From Mycoplasmatota bacterium (GTDB lineage: Bacteria; Bacillota_I; Bacilli_A; MAG-NZ), in NCBI GenBank assembly GCA_018394315.1, contig CP074575.1:1706615-1770614 (forward strand): DNA of 64,000 bases. The letters are read 5' to 3'. How positions within the stretch are numbered: the first letter of the stretch is position 1; each line of letters begins with the position of its first letter. Made by a program: the position numbers and the translations under genes. The notes below the pieces were generated by a model. The model searched no databases, was not told the origin of the DNA, and saw nothing but the letters and a program-made list of their open reading frames with translations. This document shows, piece after piece, positions 1 to 10,486 of the stretch.

Positions 1-276
1 TATATTTAGATGTTTTAGATCATCATGCCAATTATTTAATGACTGGTTATCATAAAATTCTTTTTCGATTTCCTCAGCAGATACTCTAATCCTGCTTTTA
101 ATGATTTCATCTTGTATGATACAAAATGTCCATGGTTGCATATTAGCTCCGCTAGGTGCTCTTAACCCAACTTTAATACAATTTATAATTACATCAATGG
201 GGATTTCCTCATTGCTAAATTCTCGGTAAGTGCGCTTACTTTGAAATAAGTCAGCTAGTTCTTTTGATTTGTCCAT
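1..276 (-). CDS. Nitroreductase-family protein (runs off the window edge)
   Basis: Manual translation from ATG at 276: MDKSKELADLFQSKRTYREFSNEEIP...RAPSGANMQPWTF. R-(T/S)-x-R-x-F and APSxxNxQPW are nitroreductase motifs. Confidence 0.85.
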   Translation of the reverse strand, partial: MDKSKELADLFQSKRTYREFSNEEIPIDVIINCIKVGLRAPSGANMQPWTFCIIQDEIIKSRIRVSAEEIEKEFYDNQSLNNWHDDLKHLNI

Positions 277-331
277 TATTTTCCTCTATACTTTTTAATT
301 ATAACACTTCTCTATATTAATAACAATTATA

Positions 332-709
332 CTAACTAAGCTTATCTTTAATCTTTTCAAAGGTTTCTTCGCTGATAATATGTTCTATTTCACAAGCATC
401 TTTGTCAGCAGTTTCTGATGAAACACCTAACACCTCAGAAAGGAATTGAGAAATAATTCTATGTTTTTCTATAATTTTTTCTGCTATTACCTTTCCTGCA
501 TCATTAATAAAAATATTACCATACCTTTGATGAGTTACATATTTCATATCAACTAGTCTTTTAACAGCATCGTTAGCACTTGCTTTTGATACATTCATCC
601 TTTTTGCTAGATCAGTTATTCTAACACCCTTTTCATTGCTAAGTATATATATATGTTCAATATAATCCTCTATCGACTGAGATAATTTAGTCATATCAAA
701 TTCCTCCAC
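332..709 (-). CDS. mntR: DtxR/MntR-family metal-dependent transcriptional regulator
   Basis: EDYIEHIY N-terminus, winged HTH, KHRII, ACEIEH metal-site motif. Confidence 0.85.
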   Translation of the reverse strand: MEEFDMTKLSQSIEDYIEHIYILSNEKGVRITDLAKRMNVSKASANDAVKRLVDMKYVTHQRYGNIFINDAGKVIAEKIIEKHRIISQFLSEVLGVSSETADKDACEIEHIISEETFEKIKDKLS

Positions 710-776
710 ATTTCATTATAACATTCTAAAATATACAATTAAATACATAAATTAGCTCTTTTAATTCAAGAAAGGT

Positions 777-1481
777 TTATTTATTTAATAAGTCTAATTC
801 ATCTTTAGTCAATTCTCTATACTCTGATAACTTTAATTTATCGTCTAATTGAACTCCATTAATTGAGATCCTTTTTAAATAAAGTACCTTATTTCCTATT
901 GACTGAAACATTCTTTTTACTTGATGGAATTTTCCTTCAAAGATTGTAATAAGAACAGTCTTCTCATCTATAATTTCTATTTCTGACGGTAGACATTTGT
1001 AGCCATCATTTAATGTAATTCCTTCTTCAAAGACAGATATTTTTCTTTTATTAAATACTTTGTCTAGTTTTACCTTATATATTTTGGATATATGGTTTTT
1101 AGGAGATATTACTCTATGTGTTAGTTTACCGTCATTAGTTAATATTACCAATCCCTCAGTATCGAGATCGAGTCTACCAACTGGATGCAAATCGTACTCT
1201 TTGTAATCTTCTAATAAATCAATAATAGTTTTATGTAGATTATCTTGAGTAGCTGATACAACACCTTTAGGTTTATTTAACATTAAATATACATATTTAC
1301 GGTAGTTTAGTAAATCATTCTTATATTTGATTACATCTTCTAATTCATCAACAATATATCCAGTCTTATTAATTACCCGACCATTAACAGTGACTTTACC
1401 TGTTTTTATAATCTTTTTAGTATCACTTCTAGATCCAAAACCACACTTTGATAAAAATTTATCTAATCTCATTAGAAACAC
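777..1481 (-). CDS. rsuA: RsuA-family rRNA pseudouridine synthase with S4 domain
   Basis: MRLDKFL S4 start, LNKPKG, GRLDLDTEG catalytic motif, EGKFHQVKRM. Confidence 0.88.
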   Translation of the reverse strand: MFLMRLDKFLSKCGFGSRSDTKKIIKTGKVTVNGRVINKTGYIVDELEDVIKYKNDLLNYRKYVYLMLNKPKGVVSATQDNLHKTIIDLLEDYKEYDLHPVGRLDLDTEGLVILTNDGKLTHRVISPKNHISKIYKVKLDKVFNKRKISVFEEGITLNDGYKCLPSEIEIIDEKTVLITIFEGKFHQVKRMFQSIGNKVLYLKRISINGVQLDDKLKLSEYRELTKDELDLLNK

Positions 1482-1590
1482 CTCGATTAACTATATATAA
1501 TATACCATATTTTAAGACTAAATCTTATAATAGCACTACTATTAAATATATAAAAAGAAGCTCTAACAAAAATGTTAAAGCCCCTTAGAT

Positions 1591-1788
1591 TTATCCGCCA
1601 GCTAGTAAGTGAAGAATTTTAACATCATCACCATCTTCTATGAATGTAGTAGAATACTCATCTGGATTAATGAATTCATCATTAATTTTAACTATTTTCT
1701 TTTTGTAAGTGTATTTCTTTAGTTCGATAAGTTTTGTTACTGTTAATTTTTCTTGAAACTCTTCTTCTCTATTGTTTAGGTAAAACAT
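1591..1788 (-). CDS. ThiS/MoaD-family sulfur carrier protein
   Basis: Small ubiquitin-like protein ending in LAGG. Start placed at ATG 1788, just after the AOR stop. Confidence 0.85.
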   Translation of the reverse strand: MFYLNNREEEFQEKLTVTKLIELKKYTYKKKIVKINDEFINPDEYSTTFIEDGDDVKILHLLAGG

Positions 1789-1789
1789 A

Positions 1790-3916
1790 TTACAAATGCC
1801 TACTAACAATATCCACTAATTCAGGTAAATCCATACCTAATTCTTTTAATTTTTCTATTGTTGGAACACCATCTTTAGACCATCCTCTTCTTTTATAAAC
1901 AGCATCAGTAAGTTTTTCATATTGAGATTCTCTATATTCTCTTAAAACAGCCATTTTTTCTTCAGTTGATTTATTTGTTAGGTTATATCCAACAATTTCT
2001 TTTAATTGTTTATCATATCTATCTTCTCTTGATAAATATTCTTCTATAGTAACTGGCCCCATTGATCTATATGGTATTTTGTCATTGGTACGTTTTCCAT
2101 ATCCCATACGTATATTGAATATTCTTTGGAAGTTATAAACTCTTTCAGACTCTTCAATCATATCATCAATTTTAACGTTTTTACCAGTCACTCCATTATA
2201 AATATCAACATAATTTTGAACATGTTCGGGCATTTTAGCGGGTTCTTTTGAGTATTTATTTGAATGTGGTGTTACATCATTCCAAGGAAGTTTACACAAT
2301 CCAACTAACCCAAACCACGTTCTAAACATTGGGAAATAATGTAATGCTTCAGCTTTATCTTCAAAAGTTGGGATTTGATTATTTACCATGTCCATAAAGA
2401 TTAACCAAGCTTCATCGTGTTGAGGACCTTTATTTGTTAATCCGTATCCCCCTTGTTGAGCAAGCGACTCTTTAGGCATATATTCAGAAAACTCTAAACC
2501 TTTTTGTTCCATACCTATATCAAACATAAATTTAGGATCAGCATCAAAATTCTCTATGAAGTACTTCTTCATAAATTTAATACCCATACCTACAATCTTC
2601 CCAAAACCTCTTCCATCTGCTATTTGATGGATTAATTCTAGAGCAGAGTCGATATTTCCAAATGATAGATCTAAACCTGTATCTTCTTTAGTGAAAACTT
2701 TATTCTCGTAACATTCCATCGCGAATGCAACCATTGTACCAAATGAAATGGTATCGATTCCATAAGTATCACAGTAAAAGTTTAATTCTAAAATTGTTTC
2801 AGGACAAAAAACTCCAATGTTTGATCCCAACGCAGCTGCATTTTCGTATTCAGGTCCATCAACTATTACTTTATGACCAGCGTATGGACCAGTTTTGATT
2901 TTAAAATCATCTGCAGCTTTTGCACAAGACATTGAACATCCATGCCAGCATCCATCATAGATATTTTGAGTAATATATTTTTCTATAAAAACTTTTGATT
3001 CGATCTTTGCGATATCTTTATGTGAACCGAATTTAAAATTGTGAGTTGGAAGTAAATCATAATCATTCATTACTTCAACTATATTCGCAGTTCCAATTTT
3101 TCTCATTCCATTTTGTTCATCATCATAACGATTCATTTCTTTATGGAATCTAATTCCAGCTCTATTTATCTTAGAGATATTTGCAGGATTATTTAAGTCA
3201 CTCTTAACACCTTCATATTTAATGACTAATGCCTTTATACCTTTATCATTAAATACTCTACCAATTCCACCACGTCCAGCTTGTTTCAGTCTTACTTTCT
3301 TTCTTTTTACATCATAGAAAGTGAAATTTAACATAGCAACATTAGAATATCTTGCAGCAGAACCAGTAGATACTATTGAATAATTTCTTTTGTCCGTTTC
3401 ATCTTTTGCAAACATTTCAGTTAATTCTTCGCTTAATATATGAGAATCAATTGTTTCAATATTTGATTCCATAATTTTGATAATCCCCTCATTACCATCT
3501 ATATAAACAATAACTTCTTTATCAGCTTTACCCTGAAGTTCTAAAGCATCCCATCCAGAGAATTTCAATAAAGGGCCGAAATGGCCTCCAACATTACTGT
3601 CCATTGGAGTATCATTTAATGGGGTAAGAGTTACTACTATAGATTTTCCACTACCAGGATACTGAGTAATACCCCCAACTGGTCCACTAGAAATAACAAT
3701 CTCATTTTCGGGTGAGTTCCATTTTGTTTCGGGAGTTACTGCATCCCATAGATAACGTAGTCCAAACCCTTTTCCACCAACAAACTTTTGTTTCATCTCT
3801 TCAGAAATTTGCTTAGACTCAATTTTCATATCAGAAAGGTTAATCTTTAGACTTCTATTATTATAACCATGAATAATTTCAGTGAAATCATATTTATATT
3901 CTTTTAGTATTTTCAT
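1790..3916 (-). CDS. aor: Aldehyde:ferredoxin oxidoreductase family (W/Mo-pterin enzyme)
   Basis: GGKGFG, DSNVGGHFG, AGRGGIG, CxxCxxxC (CWHGCSMSC), GPEYE, YGIDTIS and RGW..GVPT...L motifs. Confidence 0.9.
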   Translation of the reverse strand: MKILKEYKYDFTEIIHGYNNRSLKINLSDMKIESKQISEEMKQKFVGGKGFGLRYLWDAVTPETKWNSPENEIVISSGPVGGITQYPGSGKSIVVTLTPLNDTPMDSNVGGHFGPLLKFSGWDALELQGKADKEVIVYIDGNEGIIKIMESNIETIDSHILSEELTEMFAKDETDKRNYSIVSTGSAARYSNVAMLNFTFYDVKRKKVRLKQAGRGGIGRVFNDKGIKALVIKYEGVKSDLNNPANISKINRAGIRFHKEMNRYDDEQNGMRKIGTANIVEVMNDYDLLPTHNFKFGSHKDIAKIESKVFIEKYITQNIYDGCWHGCSMSCAKAADDFKIKTGPYAGHKVIVDGPEYENAAALGSNIGVFCPETILELNFYCDTYGIDTISFGTMVAFAMECYENKVFTKEDTGLDLSFGNIDSALELIHQIADGRGFGKIVGMGIKFMKKYFIENFDADPKFMFDIGMEQKGLEFSEYMPKESLAQQGGYGLTNKGPQHDEAWLIFMDMVNNQIPTFEDKAEALHYFPMFRTWFGLVGLCKLPWNDVTPHSNKYSKEPAKMPEHVQNYVDIYNGVTGKNVKIDDMIEESERVYNFQRIFNIRMGYGKRTNDKIPYRSMGPVTIEEYLSREDRYDKQLKEIVGYNLTNKSTEEKMAVLREYRESQYEKLTDAVYKRRGWSKDGVPTIEKLKELGMDLPELVDIVSRHL

Positions 3917-3919
3917 AAT

Positions 3920-4303
3920 CTAACCCTCAACTTTCATAGTTAAAGCCCCTGTTGGACAACTTCTCGAACAAGCTCCACATGATAAACATTTATATGGTTC
4001 TACATAATCATCATGATAATGGAAATCAGAACAAAAAGCTACACACATCATACACCCAACACAAATTTTTTTATCAACTGTCACTGCACCATTTTTCATA
4101 CGATAGATTGCCCCTTCAGGACAAACATCAATACAATCACCACATTGATTACAACCTTTGAATCTATTAAAATCATCAACTTTTTCCGTTATCCTTAATC
4201 TAGCTTTACTAATATCTTCTGTCTTGAAATACACTTTTGAACAAGTTTCTTCACAATTATGACATCCGATACAAAGCGATTCATTAAATTGTAAGATCTT
4301 CAT
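3920..4303 (-). CDS. 4Fe-4S dicluster electron-transfer subunit
   Basis: Four CxxCxxC motifs. Lies directly upstream of AOR. Confidence 0.88.
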   Translation of the reverse strand: MKILQFNESLCIGCHNCEETCSKVYFKTEDISKARLRITEKVDDFNRFKGCNQCGDCIDVCPEGAIYRMKNGAVTVDKKICVGCMMCVAFCSDFHYHDDYVEPYKCLSCGACSRSCPTGALTMKVEG

Positions 4304-4331
4304 ACCTTTCCTCTTTTCATATCTTTTTCTT

Positions 4332-5477
4332 CTAAACAACAGATGGCTCTAAATAAAGTTCGCCTTTTTTAAATCTATCAATACTCAATTTACTTATATC
4401 TATAGTGTTTTCTTCACCTAATATCTGTTCAGCAATAAGTAAACCAGTCATAGGTGCAAACATAAAGCCATGTCCACTAAAACCTACAGCTAGATAAAAA
4501 CCTTCTACTTCACATTTTCCATAAATTGGTTGTTTATCGGGAGTGATATTATATAGTCCACCCCATTGTCTAACTACTCTTAAGTTTCCAATAGGTGGTA
4601 ATAAACCTACTACAGTGTCAGCCATTCTGTCTAAGAACTTCCATGTAGACTCGATATTATATCCTGGAGTCTTTTCTTTATCACCACGTCCCATAATAAA
4701 TGATCCATGTGGGGTTTGTTGGCAATAAATATTAAGTGAGAAACTCATAACCATAGGGCCTTGTGTTTTCTCTATTGGTTCAGTTACTAAGATTTCGTGA
4801 TTTTCACTAAATACAGGTATATCGACTCCAACCATTTCTCCAACATCTTTTGAGTAACCACCAGCTGCATTAACAACAACATCAGTTTCTATTTCAAAAT
4901 CATTAGTAATTACTTTATTTACCTTACCATCAATTACCTCTATATCGGTAACCTCTTGATTCATATAGAACTTAACTCCTAATCTTTTAGCCGCCTTAAA
5001 GTAAGCATCTGTTAATAAGAATGGATTTAAATGTCCATCTGTCGGACAAAAAGCAGCACCTATTAATTTTTCAGTATTTAAGTATGGAACTATCTCTTTT
5101 GCTTCTTCTAATGTAATTTTACGAGAATCGATTCCGACCTTGTTCTGAAGTTCTACGTTTTTTTCGAATTGTTTATTTTCTTTTTCAGTTGACGCAACTA
5201 ATAAATAGCCTTCTTGTTTAAACTCTATATCTCCATCATATTGTAACTCTTCATTCGCACCTTCAAAGAACTCAATACTTGCTTTAGCGATTCTACAATT
5301 CATTTCAGTTCCCCATTGTTGTCTAACGCCTGCACCACAGCGTCCAGTCGCTCCAGATGTTAGATAGCTCTTATCCAGAACTATTATATCTTTAACACCT
5401 TTTTTAGCTAAATTGTAAGCGATCGCACATCCAGAAACACCACCACCAACAATTACTATATTAGCTTTCATTATCAT
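4332..5477 (-). CDS. FAD-dependent oxidoreductase, DAO / sarcosine oxidase beta / dye-linked proline dehydrogenase type
   Basis: GGGVSG FAD motif, GATGRCGAG, TPDKQP, GFSGHGFMFAP. Confidence 0.88.
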   Translation of the reverse strand: MIMKANIVIVGGGVSGCAIAYNLAKKGVKDIIVLDKSYLTSGATGRCGAGVRQQWGTEMNCRIAKASIEFFEGANEELQYDGDIEFKQEGYLLVASTEKENKQFEKNVELQNKVGIDSRKITLEEAKEIVPYLNTEKLIGAAFCPTDGHLNPFLLTDAYFKAAKRLGVKFYMNQEVTDIEVIDGKVNKVITNDFEIETDVVVNAAGGYSKDVGEMVGVDIPVFSENHEILVTEPIEKTQGPMVMSFSLNIYCQQTPHGSFIMGRGDKEKTPGYNIESTWKFLDRMADTVVGLLPPIGNLRVVRQWGGLYNITPDKQPIYGKCEVEGFYLAVGFSGHGFMFAPMTGLLIAEQILGEENTIDISKLSIDRFKKGELYLEPSVV

Positions 5478-5742
5478 TTCTAGCACCTCTTGATATTTGA
5501 TTAAGCTTTACACCAGTTACTGGTGGTCTTGAAGTATGCATTTTAATCTGATCTATGCTTACTCCGTTATGATTAGCTACTATTCTTTGTATTAATTGCA
5601 TACATGTTCTACCTTGACATGGGCCCATACCAAGTCTAGTGAATCTCTTGATTTCCTCTATTTCAGTAACTCCACTACTTAGTAAATTATTAATATCCTC
5701 TAAGGTAATATCGGCGCATCTACATATAATTGTATTTTTCAT
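5461..5742 (-). CDS. BFD-like (2Fe-2S) subunit (sarcosine oxidase alpha C-terminal-like)
   Basis: ICRC...KRFTRLGMGPCQGRTC...RPP. Confidence 0.85.
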   Translation of the reverse strand: MKNTIICRCADITLEDINNLLSSGVTEIEEIKRFTRLGMGPCQGRTCMQLIQRIVANHNGVSIDQIKMHTSRPPVTGVKLNQISRGARNDNES

Positions 5743-6231
5743 CTAAACACCTACCTTGATTGTTACAAATTCTTTGAAATGTTCTTTTGGTACTGCAACG
5801 CTAATTAAAGATGTATGATCTTGCTTATTACCATTTATTACTTTAACTACTTCAACATCACATATTTCCTTTCCAGAACGAGATATTCCTTTTACAATAT
5901 CTCCATTGTTTGGAATAGGTAATAATTCATACGATATCTTAAAAAGTACTTTTGACTCAGAATAATTCATGTCTAGAACTAATATGGCTAGTCCAGGACA
6001 GTTATAAACACAAATACCACATGCAGTACATTTTTCATAATCAATTTCTGGTTTTGCATTGATATCAGGTTTAATTATGATTGCATTAGTAGGACATGAT
6101 GTACTACAAGGGTTACATGGAATTTCTTCATAACACTCAAGTATAGCCCCTTTTCTTTTAGGGCTAGAAAGTAATTCATTGATTTTTGAATCTAATCTAT
6201 CTCTTGTTACTATCCCAGTTTTCTCTAACAT
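5743..6231 (-). CDS. 4Fe-4S ferredoxin-domain subunit
   Basis: EIPCNPCSTSCP and CTACGICVYNCPG. Confidence 0.85.
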   Translation of the reverse strand: MLEKTGIVTRDRLDSKINELLSSPKRKGAILECYEEIPCNPCSTSCPTNAIIIKPDINAKPEIDYEKCTACGICVYNCPGLAILVLDMNYSESKVLFKISYELLPIPNNGDIVKGISRSGKEICDVEVVKVINGNKQDHTSLISVAVPKEHFKEFVTIKVGV

Positions 6232-7319
6232 TTTTCTTCACCACGCATTATCTTGTTTATACCATTTCTAATTCTATCACCATGATGCCCACTTCTTAAA
6301 TCATTCAATTGCATTTTATAATCGTCAACTAGTTCATCAAAGTCTAAAAGTGAATATCCTAGTTTTTTTCCAGCATATAAACCTGCGATATATCCTTCTA
6401 CCATTGCACTTGAAGCTTCTTCTATACCAGAAACGTCACCTGCGACAAATATGTTATTTACAGTTGTTTCTAAGTTTTGATCAATTAATGGTACTACTCC
6501 ACCTAATTCAGGAACATATTTCATCTCACAACCAGCTTGAGATAATAATTCAGAAAGTGGTGTTAATCCAACAGATATACAAGCAACATCAACTTCTAAT
6601 TCAATTTCAGTTCCTTCTATTCCTTGCCATTTCTCGTCTAACTTCCAAGCAATAATTTTTTCTAAGCTTTCAGTTCCAGTAGCTTCTTTAATTGAATGAC
6701 CAGTAAGGATAGGAACATCTAATCTAGCAAGTTTTGATGCATGAACTAAGTAACCACCTATTGTAGGTGCTGCATCTAAAACGGCAACAATTTCAACACC
6801 AGCTTGAATCATTTGATAACTAACAATCAAACCAATGTTTCCAGCTCCAACCATCACTACTCTGTCACCTGGTTTAACTCCATAAACGTTCATTAATGTT
6901 TGAACAGCTCCAGCTCCATAAATCCCAGGTAAATCATTATTAGGAAATGCTAAAACTCTTTCACTTGCACCAGTTGCTACTATAATAGCCTCAGGTTTTA
7001 TTTTAAAGTAATTCTCTCCTTGTAAAATCGTCATTACTTTATCTTCATAAATTGCTAACACAGTTGCATCAGTTATAATTTCAATTTTTTCTTCATATTG
7101 TTTAAGTTCATCAAGTAAAATATTAGGAATATCAATTCCTCTTCTAGAAGCGTATTGTTTTTCTGAACCAAAAAACATATGTGTTTGTTTTATGAGTTGT
7201 CCTCCTATATCCTTGCATCGATCGATAATGACAACATTACTACCCATTGAAGCAGCAGATATAGCAGCACATAGTCCTGCAGGACCGGCACCTACGATAG
7301 CTAATTCTACAGTCTTCAT
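6225..7319 (-). CDS. NAD(P)/FAD-dependent oxidoreductase (sarcosine oxidase alpha / HcnB-like)
   Basis: GAGPAG, ATGASER, GAGNIG, FVAGD. Confidence 0.88.
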   Translation of the reverse strand: MKTVELAIVGAGPAGLCAAISAASMGSNVVIIDRCKDIGGQLIKQTHMFFGSEKQYASRRGIDIPNILLDELKQYEEKIEIITDATVLAIYEDKVMTILQGENYFKIKPEAIIVATGASERVLAFPNNDLPGIYGAGAVQTLMNVYGVKPGDRVVMVGAGNIGLIVSYQMIQAGVEIVAVLDAAPTIGGYLVHASKLARLDVPILTGHSIKEATGTESLEKIIAWKLDEKWQGIEGTEIELEVDVACISVGLTPLSELLSQAGCEMKYVPELGGVVPLIDQNLETTVNNIFVAGDVSGIEEASSAMVEGYIAGLYAGKKLGYSLLDFDELVDDYKMQLNDLRSGHHGDRIRNGINKIMRGEEKC

Positions 7320-7621
7320 ATAATTTCCCCTTTTCCAACTTGTGTTTCTACGACATCTCCTTCTTTCAATTCAGTAACACAAGTCCTAACATTAGGTTCA
7401 CCATTTACTATCATATTACATGCAGCACAATTTCCGATTGCACAGTAAAATCCTCTTGGTCTATGTTTATATGGACTATAACCAAGAATTTTAATACTTG
7501 AAGCATGTAATGCAGCAGCAATTGTTTCCCCTTCATAACCAATCATTTTTTGACCATTAAATACAAATTCAATCTCTTTTCCCCTGTTAAAATTTAGTAC
7601 AGGATGCTTCAAAATTCTCAT
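7316..7621 (-). CDS. (2Fe-2S)-binding subunit (HcnA / sarcosine oxidase alpha N-terminal-like)
   Basis: GETIAAAL, RPRGFYCAIGNCAAC...RTC. Confidence 0.85.
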   Translation of the reverse strand: MRILKHPVLNFNRGKEIEFVFNGQKMIGYEGETIAAALHASSIKILGYSPYKHRPRGFYCAIGNCAACNMIVNGEPNVRTCVTELKEGDVVETQVGKGEII

Positions 7622-7747
7622 CAGTATCTCTCCACTTCTAATTATTTACCTTACTAGGATAGTATAACAAAATGTTATATTTTTGAAAACCCTATCATAG
7701 TGTTTTTTTATCGAAAAAAAAATTTGACGAAAAATCAAATTTTCAAG

Positions 7748-8356
7748 TTAAATAGTAAGTTTACTAACTATCATATCATTTAAATTAAGTATAATTCCTG
7801 AAAGTAACAATGTACAAAGTGTACCGATTCCCACTCCTACAATTTCACCTTTTAAAGCTCCAAACAAAACAACTATAATAAACGCTGTAAAATATGCAAT
7901 ATATGTTCCCAGTGTTATATTTTTAAGTTTCTTTTGTAAAGCATAAAGATATACATCCATAGGATGAAGAGCTATCTTAATTTTTAAATGAATTGCTACT
8001 CCAAATAATAATATATATAAACCAAGTAAATTTATAATAATTCTCAAAGGAAATGATGAAATATTAAGTCCAGAAAATATATCCACAAATATATTTACAA
8101 ATAATCCAAACGAAAATGCAAAAGCAAATGAGAGTATTGCATTAACTCCTTGGAATTCCTTCATAATCATACATGCAACAATATAAAAAACTACAGATAA
8201 TATAATAAAAGCAGTACCTATCTTTAAATCAAAATAATTAGCTACACTGTATGCACTACTCCCCCATGCAGTGAGTCCTAAATCCGTCTTTACCATCAAT
8301 GCAGTACCAAGTGCATTAAACATTATAGAAATCGTCAAATAATATAATTTTCTCAT
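7748..8356 (-). CDS. YczE/YyaS/YitT-like membrane protein
   Basis: Multiple hydrophobic helices, LGLTAW and VGVGIGT motifs. Confidence 0.7.
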   Translation of the reverse strand: MRKLYYLTISIMFNALGTALMVKTDLGLTAWGSSAYSVANYFDLKIGTAFIILSVVFYIVACMIMKEFQGVNAILSFAFAFSFGLFVNIFVDIFSGLNISSFPLRIIINLLGLYILLFGVAIHLKIKIALHPMDVYLYALQKKLKNITLGTYIAYFTAFIIVVLFGALKGEIVGVGIGTLCTLLLSGIILNLNDMIVSKLTI

Positions 8357-8392
8357 ATAGTCCTCTATAAAATCTTCTTCTTTATATTTACT

Positions 8393-9013
8393 TTATAGTA
8401 TTTCTGCAACTACTCTCACAGGTATGCCGTCACCCTTATATAACAAAGGGAAACCTAAAAAATTAAAATCTTTACCAACTAATTGATCTAGATTACATAA
8501 GTTCTCATAAATAATAATATCCTCACCTAAAATTTTCTTATGTAATTTAAAATCAGTAGAGTCAATTGGATCCACTGAAATGTAATCTACTCCAACACCC
8601 TTTATCCCTTTTTCGATTAAATAATCTATCGCTTCTTCAGTAAATAAAGGATAATTAGAAAAGTATTTTGAATCTTCATATAGTTTATCAAAACCAGAAC
8701 AAATCAAAACAAATTCAACGTCTTCTATTTTATCTATTAATAAGTCTTTATTAATAACTTTTTCACTTCTACAATCAACAACTACTCCTTTACCTCTAAA
8801 ATTTGATATATGATAATCCGTAATTAGTTTCCCGTTTTCAATCATGTGGCCTTGAACATCAAGGTGAGTACCGATATGATTTGAGTACGTTAATCTAAAA
8901 ACACTATACTCATCTTCACGGACAGTACATATTTGCTCAATTGATGGTTTATCAGTTCCAGGAAATAGTGTTGTATTTTCTTTAAACTCATGACTTAAAT
9001 TTATTAACATCAT
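8393..9013 (-). CDS. Cyclase / kynurenine formamidase-family metal hydrolase
   Basis: HIGTHLD motif, GVDYISVD, IYENL. Confidence 0.85.
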   Translation of the reverse strand: MMLINLSHEFKENTTLFPGTDKPSIEQICTVREDEYSVFRLTYSNHIGTHLDVQGHMIENGKLITDYHISNFRGKGVVVDCRSEKVINKDLLIDKIEDVEFVLICSGFDKLYEDSKYFSNYPLFTEEAIDYLIEKGIKGVGVDYISVDPIDSTDFKLHKKILGEDIIIYENLCNLDQLVGKDFNFLGFPLLYKGDGIPVRVVAEIL

Positions 9014-9161
9014 AATCCCTCCTAATTTGATTTATTATATATTAAAACAAATTGTTATTCAAAGATTTATAAAGGAAAAATCCCTAATTTTTACAAATTT
9101 TACCTAAGTAATATATAAAACTTTCAAAATGTGATAAAATTTATTTAATTACTAAGAGGGA

Positions 9162-10295
9162 GTGATGGAAATTTTAATCAAAATTGATACAAATATTTTA
9201 TCAGTACTTATAGTATTAATTCTATTATACTGCAATCATATTCTAAGAGATTCAAGAATTAAAAAAAATAATTATTTTATCTTTTTAATGATAATAACAA
9301 TTATAATACTTATGTTAGAAATAATTGTTTGGATATTGGTTGACAATACAAGTGATTATGCAAATATTTTACTTAGAATAACATATTTTATATTCATCGC
9401 ATTGACACCTATTGGGCCGTCCATTTGGAGATTATATGTAATTAATCATATTAATATAAAGAAAATAACTAAAAAAACACTGTTATTATCATTTTTTCCA
9501 ACATTAATACACTTAATTATTCTTATAGTTAGTCAATGGACAGATTATTTATATATTATTACTATGCAGAATGAGATTATTACTGGTATTGGATCTATAT
9601 GGACAAGTATTGCTGCTATTATTCCAATTATTTGTGCATTTTATTTAACAGTTAAAAATAGGCTTCTAATTCATTCAAATGCTTTCAAAGCATTGTTGTT
9701 TTTCGGAATTATTCCCGTAGTAGCCTCATTAATAGAACTTATTACTATTGAATTGTTTCTTTTATGGCCTACAATAGCAGTTTCATTATTATTATTGTTT
9801 TTATTCATTGAGATTTCAAGACTTAGCTTAGACTATCTAACAGGTACCTATAATAGAAAACAATTACACAATTATATGGAAAATCTTATAAAGCATAAAG
9901 AAAATTTTACAATATTAATGTATGACTTTGATAATCTCAAATTAATAAACGATACATATGGTCACGTTTCTGGTGATGAGGCATTGGTTTATGCAACAAA
10001 TATAATAAAAAACAATATTAATAGATCTTTTTATTTCGCTAGATACGCAGGTGATGAGTTCATCTTGATTAATCGAGACAGCAAAGAAACTGCAGAAGAA
10101 GTTTCAAAAAAAATAGATGAAGCTTTTATTACTCATAATGATAAAAGAGTTACTGAATTCGATATATTCATGAGCTCAGGGACTTTATACTGTGAAGGAC
10201 AATATAACTCTGTTACTGAATTAATAAGAGAGGTAGACGAACTTATGTATAATAATAAACACAATAATAAAAGGGATAGAACAAATAGGAGATGA
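9162..10295 (+). CDS. Membrane-bound GGDEF diguanylate cyclase
   Basis: About 7 TM helices, then DYLTGTYNR, DFDNLKLINDTYGH, RYAGDEF. Confidence 0.88.
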   Translation: MMEILIKIDTNILSVLIVLILLYCNHILRDSRIKKNNYFIFLMIITIIILMLEIIVWILVDNTSDYANILLRITYFIFIALTPIGPSIWRLYVINHINIKKITKKTLLLSFFPTLIHLIILIVSQWTDYLYIITMQNEIITGIGSIWTSIAAIIPIICAFYLTVKNRLLIHSNAFKALLFFGIIPVVASLIELITIELFLLWPTIAVSLLLLFLFIEISRLSLDYLTGTYNRKQLHNYMENLIKHKENFTILMYDFDNLKLINDTYGHVSGDEALVYATNIIKNNINRSFYFARYAGDEFILINRDSKETAEEVSKKIDEAFITHNDKRVTEFDIFMSSGTLYCEGQYNSVTELIREVDELMYNNKHNNKRDRTNRR

Positions 10296-10299
10296 TAAA

Positions 10300-10440
10300 G
10301 TGAGTTGTGAATCTGTAAGCAAAGGAAAATGTCCGTGTGTCAATAATAAGTGTAAAAGGTATGAAAAGTGCTGTGAATGTATATCACATCATAGAAAATT
10401 GGGGAATTTACCGGCTTGTTTAAGAGAACAAAAAGAATAA
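10300..10440 (+). CDS. Small Cys/His-rich protein, 46 aa (DUF6485-like), absent from the ORF track
   Basis: AGGAG RBS, GTG start. MSCESVSKGKCPCVNNKCKRYEKCCECISHHRKLGNLPACLREQKE. Confidence 0.7.
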   Translation: MSCESVSKGKCPCVNNKCKRYEKCCECISHHRKLGNLPACLREQKE

Positions 10441-10486
10441 AAATTCTTAATTTTACCAAAAAAAAATCAGAAAATAATCTGATTTT

